Of a stretch of DNA of 32,000 nt, positions 25,143 to 31,879 are shown piece after piece. A program made the position numbers and the translations under genes. This stretch comes from Ferroglobus placidus DSM 10642 (lineage in GTDB: Archaea > Halobacteriota > Archaeoglobi > Archaeoglobales > Archaeoglobaceae). The stretch spans positions 1-32,000 of the forward strand of contig NC_013849.1 in NCBI RefSeq assembly GCF_000025505.1, written 5' to 3'. How positions within the stretch are numbered: position 1 is the stretch's first letter; every line of letters begins with the position of its first letter. The notes below the pieces were generated by a model, which saw nothing but the letters and a program-made list of their open reading frames with translations, had not been told where the DNA came from and made no database searches.

Positions 25143-26195
25143 ATGTTTTGCCCTAATTGTGGAGCAAAAGTTTCTGAAATACACAAATTTTGCTATAATT
25201 GCGGGCAGAAGCTCGATTTCAATCAAATAGAGACTGAAAAAAGCGTTAAAGCAAAAAAAGTTGGTAGTAAAAAAGCCAACCCGAGAATTAAAATCAAATG
25301 CACAATTCAAGGAATGACAAGGATTTTTAAGCCAAACGGCTCTTACAAAGTATACAACTTGGGAAAGTTGTCTCTGAATGAAGCAAAGGAGATCCTAAGA
25401 AAAATGCCCAGTAGAGCTGATTTTTCACAAAAACTTCTCAAATCCATTAAAAATGGAGAAGATGTTTGCCCACCTCATGTGATTTTTTCAGAGGGAGATT
25501 TTTCGCTGAACTTCTTTACAACAGATGGAAAATCACTGGAGGTTTACTGCGACGGATTAAAAAGACTAGGGAAAATCACTTTCGAACCGAACAAATCTCT
25601 TGAGGTAACGCTTGATGAAGCTGAAAACATCTTAGAAGAGTTTTATAACAAAATCGCCAAGTTCAGGAAAGTTAAAACAGAGTTGTCTCCTTTGCAGATA
25701 GCCATACTCTCTGCAGTAGATAATGGAGTGTCGAATTCAAATGCTATAGCTGCAATGACAGGAAAAAGTGTTTTTGAAGTTAAAGAAAACATCAGGAAGC
25801 TTTACTACGATGGGTATCTTGTAGCCAAGAAAAAGGGCTTTTTCAGGAAGAAGTATTACTACGAGCTGACCGATAAAGGGAGAAAAACGCTACAAAAGGA
25901 TGTGGGGAAAGTCGAAGCTGCTGTGAGGGAAGATAGGGATATAATGGACAACTTTGCTGTCGCATACTGGCTGTGGTATTCAATGAACGTCGTTCCCGAT
26001 TCTGTTACTTCCGATGAGATTGTGGATACGATTGGGGAACCTCCAGCGACGGATGAGCAAATTGCTGAATTGGTTTCCGATTCTGCGGATCATGCTGAAA
26101 GCTTAGCTTACGACACGGATGTGGACATAGGAGATGGAGATCACGGAGATGGAGATGGGGATTGGGGAGATGGTGATGCGGATGGAGATTGGTAG
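25143..26195 (+). CDS. Zinc-ribbon / duplicated alpha-beta module / winged-helix protein with (G/x)D-repeat acidic tail; putative regulator
   Basis: N-terminal zinc ribbon MFCPNCGAKVSEIHKFCYNCGQKL, and a wHTH region LSPLQIAILSAV...IRKLYYDGYLVAKKKGFFRKKYYYELTDKGRKTL. The C-terminus is DTDVDIGDGDHGDGDGDWGDGDADGDW. The ATG at 25143 is preceded by AGGTGG, whereas the ORF track starts at a GTG at 25134. Confidence 0.6.
   Translation: MFCPNCGAKVSEIHKFCYNCGQKLDFNQIETEKSVKAKKVGSKKANPRIKIKCTIQGMTRIFKPNGSYKVYNLGKLSLNEAKEILRKMPSRADFSQKLLKSIKNGEDVCPPHVIFSEGDFSLNFFTTDGKSLEVYCDGLKRLGKITFEPNKSLEVTLDEAENILEEFYNKIAKFRKVKTELSPLQIAILSAVDNGVSNSNAIAAMTGKSVFEVKENIRKLYYDGYLVAKKKGFFRKKYYYELTDKGRKTLQKDVGKVEAAVREDRDIMDNFAVAYWLWYSMNVVPDSVTSDEIVDTIGEPPATDEQIAELVSDSADHAESLAYDTDVDIGDGDHGDGDGDWGDGDADGDW
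26118..26192 (+). repeat. Imperfect GGAGAT-type hexanucleotide tract encoding the (G/x)D tail
   Basis: The codons read GAT GTG GAC ATA GGA GAT GGA GAT CAC GGA GAT GGA GAT GGG GAT TGG GGA GAT GGT GAT GCG GAT GGA GAT TGG. The candidate starts of the next gene lie inside this tract in another frame. Confidence 0.7.
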
Positions 26196-29022
26196 ATACA
26201 AACCCGTAAGCCTGTTTTTAATAGTAGTACTGGTATCTACTATATTTTTGAGTGGGTGCGATGAGGATAGGAGAGAAGATAATACCGGTTTGAAATTTGC
26301 TAAAGATAAAATTTTTGAGGAGACAATTAATGCTGAAGAAACAAGAGAAATTGATTTTGGTGATGGAAAGGTAGTAATTCCCTTTGGTGCTTTTGAAGGA
26401 AACCAAACTATAACGATCTCAAAGTTAACTGAGTTCCCATCGCCAGTAGATGCTGAAATTATCAAGGCTTACAGTGTGGAAATAGGAGATATTCACAAAT
26501 TGATGGGGTTCATTGAAATAAGGCTGAAAAATGATGGCAACAACGACAATCTCGTGGCTTTAACATACAACGAATCGTCCCAAGAGTGGGAGAGCATATT
26601 GTACCATTTGGAGGGAGAGGAGGTAGTAATTTACACGAATCATTTATCTCATTTTGCATTGGCGAGTGTTGAGGAATCCGTTGCAAAACCTAACGCGAAG
26701 ATTAAATATGTAAGGTGGCCGTCCATCTCCATAGACGAAAATACAGCTATAAAAGTTCTTGAAGAGTATATTGACAATAACTACCAGCCAGGTCCTAATG
26801 CTTACAGAGTTGGGTGGGACGCTGCAGTAGAAGCGTTAGGAGTGGAATCCCAGTATCTAACTATTGCTCAGCACGGTTATGGAATTCAGTCGGTGGAGAG
26901 AATTAACAACTGGATAGCTTACACTGGTGTCGGTATAACAGTTGCACAGCTCATGATTGATCTAAATTCTGGTGACACCACCGGAGCAGGATTGAACTTC
27001 ATGAAGAATGCCATCTACAACTATGTCAGCCTATACGGTTCACCACTTCTCCAGCTTACTTTCGTAGGTGTTTTCTGCATTGACTATTCGATAACGAAGT
27101 TTCAGAGTGAAATCTTATCCACTGAAGAGGAAATTTGGAAAAAACTGCAGAATGCGTACTACAGAAAGTATGGACGAAGTGCAAAGGACTGGTACTACAT
27201 TTTTTACGAGATTTGTAAGGATTCCACTAATGCCATAGAAGCAAAAGAAAAGATAGATAAAGAAATAGACCGCTATGTCAACGAATTTTGGGATTTTGTT
27301 AACGGGAAAGACAAGAACGGATATAGCTACGAAGATTTAGTCATGGACGTTTACGGGAAGAAACTTAAGGAAAAGGGTGAAGCTTCAATACTTGAGCAGA
27401 TACCTCATGTAAACGTTAAAATGAAGCTTAAAGAAAATCATAAAGCTGAGCTTATCTATTCCCTACAGCCCGTCTTTTATAAATTAAGCAAAGATTTAAC
27501 ACTTGAACAGGAAGAGAAGGTATTCCAAACACTCAAGAAAATCGCTAAGGAGCTTAATAAGGAGTACAAAATAAAGGTGAAAGTTAACGGTCCGAGCAAC
27601 GTTATTTCCGGTTTGAAAGTATACATTCCCGTAGCAAGGAATCAAGGGCTCTGGACGTGGGAAACCAACGAAAATGGGGAATGTTACATAACCCTTACAA
27701 TGTACGGCTATGCAAAGGCTCAGGCAGCCAATAAAATTGTTCTGGTGCTTAACAACGGAGAGACGATGGAGAAGGAATTCAAAATAACTTCCAGAACCAC
27801 TGAAGTTACCTTCGACCTTGGAGGAAGCTTGGATGTGAGCGTGGAGCCCAAGCAGGTGAGCATTGGAGACACATTTACAGTCACCGTAAAAATTGACCCG
27901 CCAACATCTACAGAGCTTCACATAAAAATGTACAACCCCTCCACAGGATATGGAAGCAGAAGTGAACCAACAGTAGTTAAAACAGACGAGAACGGAATCT
28001 GGAAGGGCACCTTCAAAGTTCCCGCCAAAGACATCGACAAAAAGGTTGGTGAAAATGTAGTGGAGGCTTATGCACCTGAGCTCGACAGCAAAGGTTCAGA
28101 CACATTTGTAATAGAGAAGCCAGAAATTTCGGTTACCGCTTCCCCCTCAACAGTCACCCCCGGTGAAAAAGTGGTTATAAAGGCTAAGGTCTCACCTCCG
28201 GGAGTTTACAACGCAAGATTGACAGTAATGAACGCTAATTCTGGAGCATCAAAGACGTTTGAAAAGAAAACCGACAGTAACGGAAATCTCGTTTTCAGGC
28301 TGAGCGTCACTGAAAAGAATCTTGAAAGCAAACTGGGAAAGAATGTCGTAACGGTGGATATACCAGAGCTCGGCATTTATGGTAGTGCGGATTTCTATAT
28401 CGAGAGTGGTGAGGTTGTGCCGACTGAGACACCAGCTGTAACTCCAGAAATACCGCAATGTTCGGAGAACGAGGAACTTACCTATATAGAAGGAATTGGC
28501 TGGTTTTGCGTTCCTTTGGAAACTACTATTACTCCAACACCCACACCTACAGAAACGCCTTCTGAAAGTCCATTTGATCCAAACAAAAAATATAGGGCCG
28601 GTTATATATTTAGGATAGAGCTCGTTGATGGGAGAATATACGATGCTCCCTTTAACACTATGGATTATGGCGACCGGATATCTGGCGGTGGCACCTACCA
28701 TGTAAAATATACAAATGATATCATGTGGGCAATCCAGTACGCAGAACTAACAATTACCTTCGATGAAAACTATAGAATCACATCTTTGCATTCATGGTAT
28801 AAACTAGTTGACAAAGAGGGGAGGTTACGTGAAGAGACAACATTATCGTGTAGTGACCTTAAGTTGGAACCTCCTGTGATAGGTGAAAAATATCCTGATC
28901 ATGTAGGATATGGGGGCGGAGGTGATGCGGTGTCTTCATGCGTATTAACTACAACGGAGAGTGAACTGCAGATGAAAAGACCAGTCCAACTATACATTCA
29001 GTTTGATAAGATAGGAGAATAA
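26182..29022 (+). CDS. Large predicted lipoprotein with tandem Ig-like repeats, Thr/Pro linker and unknown N- and C-terminal domains
   Basis: From the ATG at 26182 the protein begins MEIGRYKPVSLFLIVVLVSTIFLSGC, a signal sequence plus lipobox L-S-G-C. It carries two ~96-aa homologous repeats (27829-28119 and 28120-28407), a CarboxypepD_reg-like segment and the linker ITPTPTPTETPSESP. The start is ambiguous (26134, 26170 or 26182). Confidence 0.6.
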   Translation: MEIGRYKPVSLFLIVVLVSTIFLSGCDEDRREDNTGLKFAKDKIFEETINAEETREIDFGDGKVVIPFGAFEGNQTITISKLTEFPSPVDAEIIKAYSVEIGDIHKLMGFIEIRLKNDGNNDNLVALTYNESSQEWESILYHLEGEEVVIYTNHLSHFALASVEESVAKPNAKIKYVRWPSISIDENTAIKVLEEYIDNNYQPGPNAYRVGWDAAVEALGVESQYLTIAQHGYGIQSVERINNWIAYTGVGITVAQLMIDLNSGDTTGAGLNFMKNAIYNYVSLYGSPLLQLTFVGVFCIDYSITKFQSEILSTEEEIWKKLQNAYYRKYGRSAKDWYYIFYEICKDSTNAIEAKEKIDKEIDRYVNEFWDFVNGKDKNGYSYEDLVMDVYGKKLKEKGEASILEQIPHVNVKMKLKENHKAELIYSLQPVFYKLSKDLTLEQEEKVFQTLKKIAKELNKEYKIKVKVNGPSNVISGLKVYIPVARNQGLWTWETNENGECYITLTMYGYAKAQAANKIVLVLNNGETMEKEFKITSRTTEVTFDLGGSLDVSVEPKQVSIGDTFTVTVKIDPPTSTELHIKMYNPSTGYGSRSEPTVVKTDENGIWKGTFKVPAKDIDKKVGENVVEAYAPELDSKGSDTFVIEKPEISVTASPSTVTPGEKVVIKAKVSPPGVYNARLTVMNANSGASKTFEKKTDSNGNLVFRLSVTEKNLESKLGKNVVTVDIPELGIYGSADFYIESGEVVPTETPAVTPEIPQCSENEELTYIEGIGWFCVPLETTITPTPTPTETPSESPFDPNKKYRAGYIFRIELVDGRIYDAPFNTMDYGDRISGGGTYHVKYTNDIMWAIQYAELTITFDENYRITSLHSWYKLVDKEGRLREETTLSCSDLKLEPPVIGEKYPDHVGYGGGGDAVSSCVLTTTESELQMKRPVQLYIQFDKIGE

Positions 29023-29029
29023 AATTGAG

Positions 29030-29392
29030 GTGATAGGCAGATCGGAGGAATTAAATGTGAAGAAGCAAAAACTAAAATTCTACCGCCAGAAAGAAGGAAA
29101 AGAGGAGATAATTGAAGGCTACCCCATAGACTTAAACACAGCAATCAATGCAGTGAAAAACCTGCGGTTATCTCCTAAAGAAGTGGAAATCCCGGAAATG
29201 ATTGGTTTCATGCGTGAAAGGGCTTTCATCGAGTTTACGAAGCTTACTGATGGCTATCAGGTCAGATACGAGAATCCTGACACAAACCAGTATCTAATCG
29301 GAGAGCTGAGCGAAAAAGAAGCTATCGACTGCCTTGAAGATTTTTTCGAAGGCAGAGATATGAGGTGGGAAAGCAGGCTGGAAAGATACTGA
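29030..29392 (+). CDS. Small cytoplasmic hypothetical protein resembling the central module of the 25143 protein
   Basis: The ORF is 111-120 aa. The better start is probably the GTG at 29057, which has GGAGG 8 nt upstream. It has no signal peptide or TM helix. Collinear motifs LN.A, TDG..V.Y and L.E...(I/C)LE(E/D)F(Y/F) are shared with residues ~60-175 of the 25143 protein. Confidence 0.45.
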   Translation: MIGRSEELNVKKQKLKFYRQKEGKEEIIEGYPIDLNTAINAVKNLRLSPKEVEIPEMIGFMRERAFIEFTKLTDGYQVRYENPDTNQYLIGELSEKEAIDCLEDFFEGRDMRWESRLERY

Positions 29393-29401
29393 GGTGTGAA
29401 A

Positions 29402-30211
29402 ATGACCTCATGGAAAAAGGCGGTGCTGATATCTCTGGGAGCAATTCTGCTGATTTCTTTCATTCTCGGCTCGTATCTCTATAATGGTATTATAGAGCGA
29501 CCGATTGTGAGCGAACTGCCTGGAGCTATTACAAAAGTTGCGACGGTAAACGAATCCTCTCCTTATTATGTGGGGGTGGAAATCAAGCCCGATGTAATTG
29601 AAATGGACGTGAATGAAACGGAGACTGTAAATATTAACATTTTAAACGCTGAGAACGTTCACGAACTTCTACTGTATCTCGCTTACAATGACAGATACAT
29701 AGAGATCGTTAGCATCTCTTCCGATTACGGGTTGAATTTCTCAAAGAGCTGGGCTTACGACCACTACGCACTGCCGTTAATTAAGATAGAAGGTAAGCTT
29801 GATGGAGTCAACAATACAACTCTTGCTAAGATTACCTTTAGAAGTACCAGCGACGGAAAAACAGCCCTTTCATTTTTCAATGGAGAGTTATACGATGCCG
29901 AAGGGAGAAAGCTGAACCACATACTTCACAGTGCTGAAATCATCATCGGAAATCCAGAACTTAGTGAGGAGTCAAAAAGTTTCGACCCCATAAACTTTGC
30001 GATGGTAACTTTCGGATACGTAACCCTTCCGCTTGCGATAATCTATGGTTTGGTGTTCGCAATAGTCTTTGCGATCGGAAAGGTGATTTTAAGAATAAAA
30101 AAGAGCGATAGGGGGATAATTTACTACTGCATAGCAATAAGCTTACTTCTTTCTTTGATAGCTTATCTTACAATCCTGATCGGACTTTACAGTCTGCTTG
30201 TTGGGGGATAG
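29402..30211 (+). CDS. Membrane protein with cohesin-like extracellular beta-sandwich domain
   Basis: The ATG at 29402 is preceded by GAGGTG. It has an N-terminal TM (KKAVLISLGAILLISFILG) and a ~150-aa domain fitting the cohesin pattern (ETVNINILNAENVHELLLYLAYNDRYIEIVSIS...TTLAKITFRSTSDGKTALSF). There are at least four N-x-S/T sequons, and C-terminal TM helices separated by KKSDRG. Confidence 0.55.
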   Translation: MTSWKKAVLISLGAILLISFILGSYLYNGIIERPIVSELPGAITKVATVNESSPYYVGVEIKPDVIEMDVNETETVNINILNAENVHELLLYLAYNDRYIEIVSISSDYGLNFSKSWAYDHYALPLIKIEGKLDGVNNTTLAKITFRSTSDGKTALSFFNGELYDAEGRKLNHILHSAEIIIGNPELSEESKSFDPINFAMVTFGYVTLPLAIIYGLVFAIVFAIGKVILRIKKSDRGIIYYCIAISLLLSLIAYLTILIGLYSLLVGG

Positions 30212-30212
30212 A

Positions 30213-31139
30213 ATGATCGAGCTGTGGCGAGATGATCTGATTTACTGGGTTAAGGATGTTGTTATTTCAGAGAAAGGTGTTGTAGCTCTATCACACGGTG
30301 CAGTTTACTACTACAATCACGAAGGTGAGCTTTGCTGGGAGGAAGATATAGATGCAACTTCAATCTCACCACACGGCGATGGGATGATTGCTGGATGCGA
30401 GGATGGGGAGGTATACTGTTTTGATAATGGTGGAAAAGAGCTCTGGAGATGTGATGTTGGAGAAAAAATTAAGAAAGTCTGTTCTGCAAGCTCTATAACC
30501 TGTGCTGCAACTTCAAAGGGGAAAATAATCATTATTAAAAAAGGAAAAATATTGTGGGAATACAAGGCAGGAAGGAAAATTGATGATGTTGCCATTTTCC
30601 CTGAGCTGTATGCTGCTGTGATAGCAAAAGACCTCATTACTGGCAGAGTCTTGTTATTTGATGTTTCCGGCAGGATTCTCTGGAATTCAAAAATAAATAC
30701 TCATATCGGAGAAGCTTCCTTAGACATCTCTTCAAGATTGATTGTAGTGGGAACTCTGCAAGGAGTCTATCTGTTTGAGAAAAATGGGGATAGAGTATGG
30801 AGAAATGCCCTGAGCGGGATCAGAAGTGTAGCAATAACCTCTGACGGAAAATATATTGCAGCGGGAGCCGTTGATGGCAAAGCTTATCTCCTAAGCTATA
30901 GGGGAAAAATCGTTTGGAAAAAAGTACTCTCTAGTGCCGTGAGAAAAGTTCTGGTAACTGATGAGGGAAACTATGTATGTAATGACGGGAAAGGTCTCCG
31001 TATTTTCAATCCTCAGGGAGCACTGATATGGAAATTCGAGGGAGATGTTAGCGCTTTTGACATAACCCCTGACCTCTCGAAAATCGTCATTGGCAAAGAA
31101 GATGGTCAACTTATTTTGTTTGGATGGGATGGCAAATGA
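30213..31139 (+). CDS. Eight-bladed PQQ/WD40-like beta-propeller protein with no signal peptide
   Basis: It has about eight ~39-aa repeats, each ending in G-x-hydrophobic-(L/I/V)-W-x (GELCW, GKELW, GKILW, GRILW, GDRVW, GKIVW, GALIW, terminal GWDGK). The ATG at 30213 lies 1 nt after the previous stop. Confidence 0.7.
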   Translation: MIELWRDDLIYWVKDVVISEKGVVALSHGAVYYYNHEGELCWEEDIDATSISPHGDGMIAGCEDGEVYCFDNGGKELWRCDVGEKIKKVCSASSITCAATSKGKIIIIKKGKILWEYKAGRKIDDVAIFPELYAAVIAKDLITGRVLLFDVSGRILWNSKINTHIGEASLDISSRLIVVGTLQGVYLFEKNGDRVWRNALSGIRSVAITSDGKYIAAGAVDGKAYLLSYRGKIVWKKVLSSAVRKVLVTDEGNYVCNDGKGLRIFNPQGALIWKFEGDVSAFDITPDLSKIVIGKEDGQLILFGWDGK

Positions 31140-31879
31140 TGACTAAAATGAACATAACTATACTTGCAATACTGTTTCTCTTTGTTTTTCCAGCAACCGC
31201 TTTACCCGAGATAAACTTCAACAAAATTCTTTATTTCGATAGCGTAGGTGAAAGCGAGACCCTGAACATCTCTCTCCTGAATGGCTCACCTCTCAGCGAG
31301 CTGACCATCACATTGTATTACAAGAAGGGAATAGAATTAACAAACATAACCTCTGCCTATCCAATCCTGAAAAAGGAATTAAACGAGGAAAATGGAAAAT
31401 TTCACCTCTTCTTAAACTTTCTTACGAAAAACCTCACGGACAACGAAACGGTCATTGCTTCAATTGAAATCAAAGCACTTTCTAAAGGATATTTTCCCAT
31501 GAAGATTGAGGCGTCTGGGCGCTATGAAAACGGGACAACCGTTGACGTTCTCGAAAGGTATTATAGTGTAGAGGTAATATCGGGAGAAGAGAATATCCCC
31601 GAAGCTCAGACTGTAGTGGGTCCTTTATTGATGTTTATGGTGATATTCGGTATGGTCGTTAGTATAGCGATAGTTGCCGGAGTGTTAACACTGCCGATTC
31701 TTATCGTTTACGCTGTCTTGAAAGCAAAAGGAAGAAATATCGATGTTAGATACCTCATCATTGCTTTTGTGTTTGTTCTGCTCTTGGCCTTTACGATGAT
31801 ATTTTGGGGTGTTGTGTATGGGCAAGCTGAAGTTCTTTCTGGCAGCAGTAATTTTGCTTGCTCTGTGTGGGTGTATTGA
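31136..31879 (+). CDS. Membrane protein with cohesin-like extracellular domain (paralog of 29402-30211)
   Basis: Signal peptide MMTKMNITILAILFLFVFPATA, then a domain ETLNISLLNGSPLSELTITLYYKKGIELTNITS...ETVIASIEIKALSKG. The ectodomain has six N-x-S/T sequons. The C-terminal TM helices are separated by KAKGRN, giving the same architecture as 29402-30211. The ATG overlaps the previous TGA (ATGATGA). Confidence 0.5.
   Translation: MMTKMNITILAILFLFVFPATALPEINFNKILYFDSVGESETLNISLLNGSPLSELTITLYYKKGIELTNITSAYPILKKELNEENGKFHLFLNFLTKNLTDNETVIASIEIKALSKGYFPMKIEASGRYENGTTVDVLERYYSVEVISGEENIPEAQTVVGPLLMFMVIFGMVVSIAIVAGVLTLPILIVYAVLKAKGRNIDVRYLIIAFVFVLLLAFTMIFWGVVYGQAEVLSGSSNFACSVWVY

Noticed and set aside
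26118-26192. Possibility that the GDGDHGDGDGDWGDGDADGDW tail is a dockerin or EF-hand calcium-binding module pairing with the cohesin-like domains
   Set aside because: It lacks the two ~22-residue DxNxDGxxxxxD-plus-helix segments of dockerins. The protein also has no signal peptide, so it would not meet extracellular cohesin-like domains. I treat it as a generic acidic tail.
26103-28701. Minus-strand ORFs 26103-26465, 26218-26406, 27496-27921 and 28249-28701 inside the large lipoprotein gene
   Set aside because: They are antisense to a 2.8-kb continuous frame with clear internal domain repeats and have no features of their own.
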